Positions 1-8,163 of a stretch of 31,619 nt of DNA are shown piece after piece (the stretch's first letter is position 1; every line of letters begins with the position of its first letter). The translations under genes were made by a program, and so were the position numbers. The notes under the pieces were generated by a model. The model did no database searches. It was not told the origin of the DNA and saw only the letters and a program-made list of their open reading frames with translations. The stretch is from Candidatus Methylomirabilia bacterium (GTDB lineage: Bacteria > Methylomirabilota > Methylomirabilia > Rokubacteriales > CSP1-6): assembly GCA_041496385.1 (NCBI GenBank), contig JBGQEL010000044.1, forward strand, positions 1 to 31,619, read 5' to 3'.

Positions 1-1
1 C

Positions 2-103
2 GCCCTCGCCCACTACAGCGACGACAAGGAGGCGGCGGCGAGAGCGCTGGGAATCTCTCGACGCACGATCTACCGGCGGCTCAAGGAGTACGGAATGCTC
101 TGA
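2..103 (+). CDS. 3' end of a Fis-type HTH protein, probably an NtrC-family sigma-54-dependent activator (truncated by window edge)
   Basis: Frame 2 reads ALAHYSDDKEAAARALGISRRTIYRRLKEYGML*, matching the HTH_8 pattern AAxxLGIsRxTlYrrLkxyg; TGA at 101-103. Confidence 0.85.
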   Translation, partial: ALAHYSDDKEAAARALGISRRTIYRRLKEYGML

Positions 104-105
104 AG

Positions 106-140
106 CGTGACGGATGTTGCCGAACTGACACCTCTGGCAC
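106..140. promoter_or_regulatory. Candidate enhancer (UAS) sites for a sigma-54 activator
   Basis: TGACG-GATGT-TGCCG (108-122) and the near-palindrome TGACA-CCTC-TGGCA (126-139), about 80-100 nt upstream of the predicted TSS; they resemble the sites at 6399-6433. Confidence 0.4.
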
Positions 141-167
141 CCCCTTCCCCTCTAGCGACACCTGTTT

Positions 168-180
168 TTTCAGGTACTTA
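168..180 (+). promoter_or_regulatory. IHF-like site
   Basis: TTTCAGGTACTTA versus WATCARNNNNTTR (1 mismatch), lying between the putative UAS and the -24/-12 element. Confidence 0.4.
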
Positions 181-183
181 CAG

Positions 184-200
184 TTGGCACCTCTCATGCT
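184..200 (+). promoter_or_regulatory. Sigma-54 (-24/-12) promoter for the FIST gene
   Basis: TTGGCACCTCTCATGCT: GG(186-187)-N10-GC(198-199) with a TGGCAC core; predicted TSS about 211. Confidence 0.75.
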
Positions 201-214
201 TATTCCGGATTTTC

Positions 215-1153
215 ATGATCGGCATTTCGCCTCTCGAGACGGCAACAAAGAATCTTCAGATCGGGGTCGGCTTCGCGTCGCACGCGGACACGCTTTGGGC
301 CGCCGTCCGAGCAACGGCGATGGCCCGCACGGGCCTGCACGGCATGACGCCCGATCTGGTCCTCCTGGTGACGGCGGGGGTGCCGAGTCAGGACATCGTT
401 CCGGTCATCAAGAGCGTGCTGGGCCCCGTCGGCATCACCGGGGGCGCCACCTCGGCGATCATCACACATAGCGGTGCCGTAGGCAGTGGCGCCCTCGTCG
501 TGTGCCTGGCGAACGGCGACGGCGCCGTGAGCGGGACAGCCGCGGCGGCGGGCAGCGACCTCGGCGAGGCTGCGCAGGGCGCCGCCAGGCTCATCCTCTC
601 CGGCTGGCCCTTCAGGATGCGCTACCCGCGTGGCCTCGGGTTCACGTTCGCGCAGCCAGGATTTGGGGCTCCGGCCCAGGGCTTCCTACCGTCGTGGCGG
701 CTGCTGATGGGGCCCAAAATGCGGACGGTGTGCAGCGTGCTTTCGTTGCCGGTCGTGTACAGTTCCTCGCCGGCCGATCCTATTGTGAGCGCGGGCTGCA
801 TCGAAGCGCCGTATTCGACAGGCCTCGGCTGGGCTGACGGCTTCGAGCGCGGCGCTCCCCCGGATCGTGATGCCCTCATCCAGGGCTCCGTGGAGGCCAC
901 GCTGACCGCCGTCAAGCGCCTCGAGGGTGACGCCGCTCGGCTTGTGCTCGTGATCGAGAGTACGGCGCGCCACCGGGCGCTCGGCTCTGCCGCGACGGAC
1001 GAGTGGGAGGCGATCAAGGCCGAGGTCGGCAGCCGCACTCCCTGCGTCGGGTGGCTGTGTGATCAGGTCTCGGCGTACGGTCGCGGGGTTCGTCCGATGG
1101 ACTCGACCGGCTCGCTCGTTGTCGTCGCGCTCGGCGATAGCCCCGGGCGCTAA
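215..1153 (+). CDS. FIST-domain (NosP-like) sensory protein, shortened and divergent
   Basis: IGVGFAS...AxxA...PDLVLL, GITGGATSAII and C-terminal LVLVIES-AR-RALG...E...PCVG...SLVVVALG resemble FIST_N/FIST_C. ATG at 215 is preferred over GTG 107 because 107-214 holds the promoter elements. Confidence 0.7.
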   Translation: MIGISPLETATKNLQIGVGFASHADTLWAAVRATAMARTGLHGMTPDLVLLVTAGVPSQDIVPVIKSVLGPVGITGGATSAIITHSGAVGSGALVVCLANGDGAVSGTAAAAGSDLGEAAQGAARLILSGWPFRMRYPRGLGFTFAQPGFGAPAQGFLPSWRLLMGPKMRTVCSVLSLPVVYSSSPADPIVSAGCIEAPYSTGLGWADGFERGAPPDRDALIQGSVEATLTAVKRLEGDAARLVLVIESTARHRALGSAATDEWEAIKAEVGSRTPCVGWLCDQVSAYGRGVRPMDSTGSLVVVALGDSPGR

Positions 1154-1158
1154 CGGCG

Positions 1159-1178
1159 GTCGCCTGTCTTCAGGCGGC
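1159..1178. terminator. Short hairpin at the convergent FIST/asnB junction
   Basis: GTCGCCTG-TCTT-CAGGCGGC; no U-tract. Confidence 0.3.
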
Positions 1179-3059
1179 GCGATAGCGCCGCGCCCAGAGC
1201 TGGAACGCCATGAGCGTATAGAGTTTCTTCCGGTGGTCGCGCCGACCGGCGTCGTGCTCCTCGAGTAGCCGCTCGACCGTCTCGGGCTTGAAGAGGCCAC
1301 CGCGGCGGATCACCTCCGACCCGCACGCCTCACGCAGCAACGGACGCAGCTCGCCTCTGAACCAATGTCCTACGGGCACGCCGAACCCCTTCTTCGGCCG
1401 CTCGAGGATCTCGCTCGGAAGCAGACCGCGGGCTGCGCGCTTCAGGATGTACTTCGTCGTCAGGCCCTTGAGCTTCAGACGCATGGGCAGGCTCGCCGCG
1501 AGCTCGACGACGTGTCGATCGAGGAGCGGGACGCGCACCTCGAGCGAGCAGGCCATGCTCGCGCGGTCCACCTTCGTGAGCACGCCCTCCCCGAGGTAAC
1601 CCTTGAGGTCGAGGTACAGCATTCGCTCGAGACCCTCCGCGGAGGTTGCGTGGGCGAGGATCTCGTGGAAGGCCTCGTACGACGGTGGCGCCTCCATCCG
1701 CACGAGCGCGTCGGCTGTGAAGAGATCCCGCTGTTCCTCTGGCGTGAAGGAGCCGAGCCACATCCCGTGGCGCTCGATGTCACGATATTGGAGGCCCACG
1801 ACGAAGCGCTTCAGCCTGAAGTCCATGCTCAGATTGTCGAAGGACACCGGCAGCCGCTCGACGGCGGGTCGCAGAAGGTGGCCGTGGATCCAGCCGGGGA
1901 TGAGGCCTAGTGCGTTTGCGATCCGGTGGGCCTGGTAGGTCGGATAGCCGGCGAAGAGCTCGTCGCCTCCGTCACCCGACAGCGCGACCGTCACGGACCG
2001 TCGGGTGAAGCGTGAGAGCAGGTAGGTCGGAAGCAGAGACGCGTCTCCCAGGGGCTCGTCGAGGAGCTCCGGCAGTCGGTCGCACAGGTCGAGGGCCGCA
2101 CGCGAGCTCAGGATCTCTTCGTGGTGATCCGTCTCGAGCGCGCCCGCGACGCGGCGCGCGTGCGCGGATTCGTCGAACGAAGAATCCTCGAAGCCGATCG
2201 AGAAGGTCTTCAGCCGGCCCGGCGCGTGCCGGGCGGCGAACGCGGCGACCGTGCTCGAGTCGATCCCACCGGAGAGGAACACGCCGAGCGGCACGTCGCT
2301 GACGAGGTGCCCGCTCACCGCCTGGTCGATGGCTCCGCGGAGCGCCTCCACCGCCTCGGCCTCCCTCGAGGGCCCCCCGCCGCCGAACCGGATGTCCCAG
2401 TACGACTCGACCTTGACCCGACCGTCGGTGTAGCTGAGCCAGTGGCCCGCCGGTAGCTTCCGGACCGACCGGAAAATCGCGTGCGGCGCGGGAACGTACT
2501 CGTGCGCGAGGTAGCGAGAGAGCGCGACGAGGTCGACGATCCGGTCGATCGCAGGGTGTTCGACCAGAGCCCGAAGCTCGGAGGCGAAGACGATCTGATC
2601 GGGAAGCACGGCATAGTAGAGGGGCTTGATCCCGAGGCGGTCGCGCGCCAGAACGAGCGTACGCGCCGCCTCGTCCCAGACGGCGAAGGCGAACATGCCC
2701 TCGAGGTCGGCGATGGAGTCGAGGCCCCGATCCTCGAACCCATGCACGATGACCTCGGTGTCCGAACGCGTCGTGAAGGTGTGGCCGCGCGCCGACAGGG
2801 TCCGAGTCAGCTCACGGTAATTGTAGATCTCGCCGTTGTACACGACCCAGACCCGGCGGTCCTCGCCCGTCATCGGCTGTTGGCCCGTCGCGAGATCGAT
2901 GATCTTGAGCCTGCGCATCGCGAGGCCCGCAGAACCCTGGACGAAGTAGCCCTCGTCGTCGGGACCACGGTGAGCGATCCGGTCGTTCATCCGCTTGAGG
3001 ACGGCGGGATCCGGACTCCGGTCGGCGCGCGCGAGGACGTTACCGACGATGCCGCACAC
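1170..3059 (-). CDS. asnB: Asparagine synthase (glutamine-hydrolysing) family amidotransferase, probably glycan-amidating
   Basis: N-terminal MCGIVG (Ntn Cys), HRGPD, NGEIYN, SGGIDSS, SGDGGDELFAGY, KKGF. Confidence 0.95.
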   Translation of the reverse strand: MCGIVGNVLARADRSPDPAVLKRMNDRIAHRGPDDEGYFVQGSAGLAMRRLKIIDLATGQQPMTGEDRRVWVVYNGEIYNYRELTRTLSARGHTFTTRSDTEVIVHGFEDRGLDSIADLEGMFAFAVWDEAARTLVLARDRLGIKPLYYAVLPDQIVFASELRALVEHPAIDRIVDLVALSRYLAHEYVPAPHAIFRSVRKLPAGHWLSYTDGRVKVESYWDIRFGGGGPSREAEAVEALRGAIDQAVSGHLVSDVPLGVFLSGGIDSSTVAAFAARHAPGRLKTFSIGFEDSSFDESAHARRVAGALETDHHEEILSSRAALDLCDRLPELLDEPLGDASLLPTYLLSRFTRRSVTVALSGDGGDELFAGYPTYQAHRIANALGLIPGWIHGHLLRPAVERLPVSFDNLSMDFRLKRFVVGLQYRDIERHGMWLGSFTPEEQRDLFTADALVRMEAPPSYEAFHEILAHATSAEGLERMLYLDLKGYLGEGVLTKVDRASMACSLEVRVPLLDRHVVELAASLPMRLKLKGLTTKYILKRAARGLLPSEILERPKKGFGVPVGHWFRGELRPLLREACGSEVIRRGGLFKPETVERLLEEHDAGRRDHRKKLYTLMAFQLWARRYRAA

Positions 3060-3065
3060 GGTCCG

Positions 3066-4025
3066 CTACCGGTTCTCGTCCAGACCCACCGTCTCGCGGA
3101 CGTAGTACGTGGGCTTCCGCTGCGTGTCGTAGAAGCCTCGGATCACGATCTCGGCGAGAAAGCCCATGAAGAGGGACAGGACGCCAGTGATGAGGAGCAA
3201 CATCATCAGGAAAACGAGGGGCGTCGCTTCCAGGCGCTGGAGAACGAGCACGCGATAGGCCACGACGTCGAACGCCAGGAAGCCGAGGGCGAGGCTCGCG
3301 AGGCCGAAGCCACCGAAGACGTAGTTGGGTCGTGTCGAGAAGTCGCTGATGAACTTGAGCGTGACGAGGTCGACGAGGACTTTGTAGGTCCGCGTCAGGC
3401 CGTACTTGGAGACACCCCGGGTACGCGGGTGGTGCGTGACCTCGAGCTCGGTGACGCGACCGCCGACCCAGGACGCGAGCACGGGAAGGAACCTGTGCAT
3501 TTCTCCGTAGAGACTCACGTCCTGAATGACCTCGCGCCGGTACGCCTTGAGGGTGCAGCCGAAGTCGTGGAGCTGCACCCCGCTGAGTTTCCGGATCAGG
3601 TAGTTCGCGGCGGCGGAGGGCAAGAGGCGCGTGAGCCACCGATCGTTGCGGTGCCGGCGCCAGCCAGACACTACGTCGTACGCGTCGCCCAGCTGGGCGA
3701 CGAGCCTCGGGATGTCGCGCGGATCGTTCTGGAGGTCGGCGTCCAGCGTGACCACGACCGGGTGGCGCGAGTGGGAGAAGCCCGCGGCCAGCGCCGGCGT
3801 CTGGCCGAAATTCCGCCGGAGCCTGACGAGCCGGACGTGGCTGTCGCCTGCGGCGAGCCGCTTGAGGATATCCCACGAGCCGTCCGTGCTCCCGTCGTCG
3901 ACGTAGACGATCTCGTACTCGCGCCCCATCGCTTCGAGCGTCTCCGTCAGTCGGGCGTGAAGCAGGTCGAGGTTGTCCCGCTCGTTCAGGACGGGGAGGA
4001 CGACGGAGAGCCCTTCGAGGCCCAT
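3066..4025 (-). CDS. GT2 polyprenyl-phosphate glycosyltransferase (ArnC/DPM1-like)
   Basis: SVVLPVLNE, VDDGSTDGS, RRNFGQ, LDADLQNDP, DFGCTLKAYR, two C-terminal TM helices; ATG at 4025, directly after the upstream stop. Confidence 0.92.
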   Translation of the reverse strand: MGLEGLSVVLPVLNERDNLDLLHARLTETLEAMGREYEIVYVDDGSTDGSWDILKRLAAGDSHVRLVRLRRNFGQTPALAAGFSHSRHPVVVTLDADLQNDPRDIPRLVAQLGDAYDVVSGWRRHRNDRWLTRLLPSAAANYLIRKLSGVQLHDFGCTLKAYRREVIQDVSLYGEMHRFLPVLASWVGGRVTELEVTHHPRTRGVSKYGLTRTYKVLVDLVTLKFISDFSTRPNYVFGGFGLASLALGFLAFDVVAYRVLVLQRLEATPLVFLMMLLLITGVLSLFMGFLAEIVIRGFYDTQRKPTYYVRETVGLDENR

Positions 4026-4026
4026 C

Positions 4027-4734
4027 TCAGTCCACAGCCTCGCACCGGACAACGTACCGGATCGGGAGCCATCGGAACGGCACGCCCTCCACGCGCGTCA
4101 CCCTGAAGCCCGGCGGAATGAGCGAGAGGAAGCTCGCGAGGTCGAAGGCGTGTAGGTGCCACTCGTCGTCCATCCGCTCCGGCATGGCGTAGTCGCCCGA
4201 GCGAGCGCGCATAAAGAGACGGTACAGGCCGCTCCGGCGGAGCGCCGCTTTGAGGGTGTTGATCAGGCCCTCGTTCGGGACCGATACAACCGCGATGCCG
4301 CGTGGCCCCACGACGCGTCGTATCTCGGCGAGCGCCCGTCCCGGCGACGGGACGTGCTCGAGAACTTCGGAGCAGTACACTCGCTCCCAGGCGCCGGTGC
4401 GAAACGGCAGCTGTTCGGCGTCGCCCTGGATCAGGGCCTCGCGCCGCCCGAGTCGGCGGGAGGCCTTGGCCAGGAGCGACTCTGCGAGGTCGAGCCCGAA
4501 GCCGCGCCCCGCCGGGAGCGCGGCCAGAAGATGGCCGGCCCCGCATCCGACCTCGAGGACCCGATCGCCGGGCCTCGGCGCGAGGAGGGCGAAGATCCGT
4601 CGGACACGCTTCCGCTCGATATAGCGGACGACGGGGCTCGGATGGCTGTGGAACTGCTCGACGTCGTACTTCGCGACCATCGCGTCATTCCACGCCTTGA
4701 ACTCGCCACGGTCGCGGAACGACGGGCCGCTCAC
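4027..4734 (-). CDS. Class I SAM-dependent methyltransferase
   Basis: VLEVGCGAG, GDAEQLPF, SEVLEHVP, VSVPN; GTG at 4734 overlaps the upstream stop (GTGA). Confidence 0.9.
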   Translation of the reverse strand: MSGPSFRDRGEFKAWNDAMVAKYDVEQFHSHPSPVVRYIERKRVRRIFALLAPRPGDRVLEVGCGAGHLLAALPAGRGFGLDLAESLLAKASRRLGRREALIQGDAEQLPFRTGAWERVYCSEVLEHVPSPGRALAEIRRVVGPRGIAVVSVPNEGLINTLKAALRRSGLYRLFMRARSGDYAMPERMDDEWHLHAFDLASFLSLIPPGFRVTRVEGVPFRWLPIRYVVRCEAVD

Positions 4735-6251
4735 CGGACGCTCGGGGCGAGTTTGTAGATTTCGGCGTCCTCGACCTTTCCGACGAGTTCGTAACCGTGG
4801 CCGACCACCTGTTCGCGCACCCAGCGCCGCTGGGTCACCCAGTTGCCGAGGACGACGACGTCTACCGTGTGGATCTGGAGGTTGCCCACCAGCTCCGGAT
4901 AGGACATGAAGTTGAATTTCCGCACATCGCGCGGCGTCATCGAGAGTGCGAAGTCGATCGTGAAGTGGTTCTCCATCTTCGGGAAGATCGACGCCCGGGT
5001 CTCGACGAAGTATCCCGGCCAGAAGCTGATGGCCACCGGGCGCTCGGGCCGGATCTCCCGATCGATCGCCTGCCCCACGGCGCGGATCGTCGGGATCGTC
5101 CAGTTCCTCGCCTCGCGGTTGTAGGAGATCCCCGGGACGTTCACGCCCCCGACGGTGTAGCGGTAGACGTCCAGCGGGGCGACCAGGATGTAGGCTGCCA
5201 GAAGCGTCGCGAAGACGTGCCGGAGCCGCGCCCCCCCGCACTCGGCGAACAGTTTCGCGAGGAAGGTGACGGCGTTCACGATGAGAAACGGCACCGTCAT
5301 CGAGAAGTACTGGGTGTAGGTGGGAGTCGGGACCAGGCTCGCGAGCAGGTGTGGGACGAGAATCATCGTCGCGAGGGACGGGCGCTCACGCGTGATCGCC
5401 GAGGAGACCCACGACGCCAGGTTCACGAGCAAGAGGGCGGTGAACTGAAAGCTCGTCACGCCCTCCGCGCTGTTGACGGACAGGAGCTGGAGCGCGATAT
5501 CGAGCTTCTGCTGGAGGTAGCCGAAGAATCCCCACGGTGACCGGATCGCGTGGACGTAGATGATGTTGAAGAGGAAGGTCTCGGGTTCGACCAGGTAGAA
5601 GAACCAGTTCGGAAGCATGGCGATGATCAGGCCCACCGTGAAGCGTGCGAGCTGCATGAGGCGCTCGCGGAGCCGCGGCTCGGTGAAGTAGAGCTCGATG
5701 AGAAAGGCCGGCAGGGCGAAGACGACGTAGAGCCGGATGTCGATCGCGAGCCCGACCAGGAGACCGCTCACGACCCATCGGAATCGCGACGCCGAGAGCG
5801 AGAGCACCGCGTACGCCGAGAACAGGCAGAGCGTGCCGAACGCGAAGGTCTTGATGAGCGGGAGCCAGCCGAATTCGAGGCTCGTGAAGGTGAAGAGGAC
5901 GACGGCGAGGACCGCCCACGTTCTCCGGCCGACGATGTGGAACACCTGGCGGAAGAGAATCAGTCCGAGGGCGATCGCCGCCAGCGCCGAGAAGAACCGC
6001 GCACCGTACCACGATTTCCCGAAGATCGCCATCCACGCGCCGTAGATGTAGGGCGTGAGGAACATTTGGGGCCAGAAGAGGTCGTGGAAGGGGAGATAGC
6101 CCTCCATCACGAGCCTGGCGTCGAGAAGGTACGTTCCCTCGTCCCCATCCACGAGGCGGAACTGCGACATTGGGACGAAGACCGCCGCCATGAGGACGAC
6201 GATCAGACCGTAGATGACCGCCGGACGTGCCTGATCTATGCGCGTGATCAC
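4731..6251 (-). CDS. GT-C fold membrane glycosyltransferase (ArnT/PMT-like)
   Basis: Polytopic membrane protein with the first-loop acidic motif DGDEGTY, GYLPFHDLFWPQ and a soluble C-terminal domain. Confidence 0.8.
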   Translation of the reverse strand: MITRIDQARPAVIYGLIVVLMAAVFVPMSQFRLVDGDEGTYLLDARLVMEGYLPFHDLFWPQMFLTPYIYGAWMAIFGKSWYGARFFSALAAIALGLILFRQVFHIVGRRTWAVLAVVLFTFTSLEFGWLPLIKTFAFGTLCLFSAYAVLSLSASRFRWVVSGLLVGLAIDIRLYVVFALPAFLIELYFTEPRLRERLMQLARFTVGLIIAMLPNWFFYLVEPETFLFNIIYVHAIRSPWGFFGYLQQKLDIALQLLSVNSAEGVTSFQFTALLLVNLASWVSSAITRERPSLATMILVPHLLASLVPTPTYTQYFSMTVPFLIVNAVTFLAKLFAECGGARLRHVFATLLAAYILVAPLDVYRYTVGGVNVPGISYNREARNWTIPTIRAVGQAIDREIRPERPVAISFWPGYFVETRASIFPKMENHFTIDFALSMTPRDVRKFNFMSYPELVGNLQIHTVDVVVLGNWVTQRRWVREQVVGHGYELVGKVEDAEIYKLAPSVR

Positions 6252-6292
6252 GTGGCGTCGCCGTCATTATAGCGAGATCGGACGTTTTCCAT
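6248..6292 (-). other. Possible 14-aa leader ORF (MENVRSRYNDGDAT) coupled to the GT-C start
   Basis: ATG at 6292; its TGA overlaps GTG 6251 as GTGA. Confidence 0.25.
6266..6271 (-). promoter_or_regulatory. Sigma-70-like -10 element
   Basis: Perfect TATAAT 15-20 nt upstream of GTG 6251; no convincing -35. Confidence 0.4.
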
Positions 6293-6311
6293 GTTCAGGA
6301 TTGCCCGGAGG

Positions 6312-6328
6312 TGCAAGCAATGCGCCAA
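6312..6328 (-). promoter_or_regulatory. Sigma-54 (-24/-12) promoter for the GT-C/methyltransferase/GT2/asnB operon
   Basis: Minus strand TTGGCGCATTGCTTGCA: GG-N10-GC with TTGCA, near consensus. Confidence 0.8.
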
Positions 6329-6398
6329 GGACGCCGGGGCCGGGCGGGTGGTAAGTTCGCGCGACACAAGCACCTCGGGGGCCGATGCTGCCCGTCTC

Positions 6399-6433
6399 CG
6401 GCAAAGTTGCCACGGCGGGCCACAGTTCTGTCA
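6399..6433. promoter_or_regulatory. Tandem candidate enhancer sites
   Basis: Minus strand CCG-TGACA-GAAC-TGTGG and CCG-TGGCA-ACTT-TGCCG, 21 bp apart, centred about 105 and 126 nt upstream of the predicted TSS (about 6301). Confidence 0.5.
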
Positions 6434-6490
6434 CGGATCAGGGCCGCGCGCCGCACGAAGCGACGGCTCGTGGCTATCGGGAGAAGGCGC

Positions 6491-7663
6491 TCATCGAAGA
6501 TACGACGCGACGAACGTGCCCCGGGAATGGGTGCGCGCGAACCGGCCGAGGGCGAAGGGAGTTGCGCTGACCGGGGGTGGCGCGCCCGTGATAAGCGCGG
6601 CCAGCATCTCCCCGACGGCGGGTGAGAGCTTGAACCCATGGCCGCTCATGCCGGCCGCGACCCAGAGGCCACGCACGGAGGTTTCGTCGAGGATCGGCAT
6701 CCAGTCGGGGGTGATGTCAAACGCGCCGGCGTAGCCATGGCGGTAGCGTGCCTCGGCGAGACGGGGGAGAGCCCGCCCGGTCCGCTCAAGCACCGGCGTC
6801 GCTTCATCGAGACCGGTTTCGCTGCCGAGCAGCTCGGGGTCCATCGGGTGCTCGGTCTCGTCGTCGGTCAGTGAGCCGGTGAGGGTCAGGTTCCCGGTCT
6901 CCGGCCGTACGTAGGCGCCGCCGGCGAGGTCGAGGTAGACGGGGTGTGGCCCGCCGAAAGCGGCATCGCGCTCGATAATGAAGACCGGATGGCGACCGAC
7001 GACGATCGGGAGATCCACGCCCGCCAGGCGCGCGACCGCGCCTGCCCAGAGTCCCGCCGCGTTCACGACGATGGGAGCCTCGATGGTCACCCCCGAGGAG
7101 GTCGCGACGCCCGCGACCCGGTCACCGCGCCGGTTGATCGCCACGACCTCGACGCCCTGCTCGATCGTCGCGCCGCGCCGCCGCGCCCCTTCGGCGAAGG
7201 CGAGCGTGACGCCCGTTGGATCCCCATATCCCGATTCCGGCTCGTACACCACCGCACCGAGCCCGACGGGATCGATCCGAGGCTCCACCCGCGCGAGCTC
7301 GCCGGGCTCCAGAATCTCCGCCCGGATCCCGAGCGCGCGCTGGACGCGCAGGCTCGCCTCGAGCGACCCACGCATCGCGGCGGGGACGCCGATGAGCGCC
7401 CCGCAGGCGACGTAGCCGCCGTCGCCCCCGACCGCGTCGGTGAATCGCTGGAAGATCCGGAGGGAACGAAGGACCATCGCGCTCGTCTCGGGCGTCGGGT
7501 AGAGCTGGCGGATGATCCCGACCGATCGTCCCGTGCCTCCCGAGGCGAGGAACCGCCGCTCGAGCACGAGGACGTTTCGGACCCCCAGCGCCGTCAGATG
7601 GAAAGCGATCGAGGCGCCGATGACGCCTCCCCCGATGATGACGACGTCGGCGGTCCGCGTCAC
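6491..7663 (-). CDS. FAD-dependent oxidoreductase, DAO / sarcosine oxidase beta-like
   Basis: ADVVIIGGGVIGAS, GGTGRSVG, VVNAAGLWA, TPDWMPIL, GMSGHGFKLSPAVG; GTG 7663 overlaps the MOSC stop. Confidence 0.92.
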   Translation of the reverse strand: MTRTADVVIIGGGVIGASIAFHLTALGVRNVLVLERRFLASGGTGRSVGIIRQLYPTPETSAMVLRSLRIFQRFTDAVGGDGGYVACGALIGVPAAMRGSLEASLRVQRALGIRAEILEPGELARVEPRIDPVGLGAVVYEPESGYGDPTGVTLAFAEGARRRGATIEQGVEVVAINRRGDRVAGVATSSGVTIEAPIVVNAAGLWAGAVARLAGVDLPIVVGRHPVFIIERDAAFGGPHPVYLDLAGGAYVRPETGNLTLTGSLTDDETEHPMDPELLGSETGLDEATPVLERTGRALPRLAEARYRHGYAGAFDITPDWMPILDETSVRGLWVAAGMSGHGFKLSPAVGEMLAALITGAPPPVSATPFALGRFARTHSRGTFVASYLR

Positions 7664-8163
7664 GTCCGCGCGGGCGGTCCGATCCGGCCGCCTTCGACAT
7701 CGGTGAGAACACGGATCGGATCGCCCTCGCGGATCGTGCCACCCTCGAGAACCCTCGCGTAGACGCGGCTCCGGCCGGGGTGCCGTTTCTGCGAGACCCT
7801 CGAGTAGTCGCGGTCCCGGAACACCGGCGCGATGTTGACGCACGGGCTCGTGTACCGCGTCACCTCGCGAAGGACGGACTCACCGAGGCGCCGGCGACTT
7901 CCCGGGAGGATCCCGGACCAGTCCAAGCCCTCCACCGTGATGTTCTCCCCGAGCGCCCCGGGCGCGATCGCATGGCCCTCCGCACTGAGCGCGCGGATCG
8001 GCTCCATCGCGTACAGGCACACGGCACGCTCGGGGCCGCCGTGGTTCTCGATGCCGCGGTGTGCGTCGCCTTCGAGGCCCAGCGCACCGAGCCGCGCCGA
8101 GGCCACTCGCGTCTTGGGCACGCCGCCGCGCGAGATGCTGAGCTGCACGATCCGTCCGCTCAC
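7660..8163 (-). CDS. MOSC domain protein (YiiM-like)
   Basis: GVPK, GLEGD, HGGPERAVCLY, GENITVEG, SPC, YARVLEGGTIREGD. Confidence 0.92.
   Translation of the reverse strand: MSGRIVQLSISRGGVPKTRVASARLGALGLEGDAHRGIENHGGPERAVCLYAMEPIRALSAEGHAIAPGALGENITVEGLDWSGILPGSRRRLGESVLREVTRYTSPCVNIAPVFRDRDYSRVSQKRHPGRSRVYARVLEGGTIREGDPIRVLTDVEGGRIGPPART

Noticed and set aside
134..150. Second TGGCAC as another sigma-54 promoter
   Set aside because: No GC at the -12 position (CC instead); better explained as half of an enhancer-like palindrome
1170..3059. AsnB as a lasso-peptide cyclase or other RiPP enzyme
   Set aside because: Intact Ntn glutaminase domain, no precursor or B protein seen, glycosyltransferase context
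2481..4106. Long + strand ORFs antisense to real genes (e.g. 2481-4106, 9677-11239, 12915-14177, 18640-19707, 23847-24830)
   Set aside because: Shadow ORFs expected at high GC3; no recognisable motifs, and the opposite strand carries clear family genes
6491..7663. FAD oxidase as ThiO because thiE is in the window
   Set aside because: About 10 kb from thiE, no thiS/thiG nearby, and the motifs (GMSGHGFK, TPD) look SoxB-like
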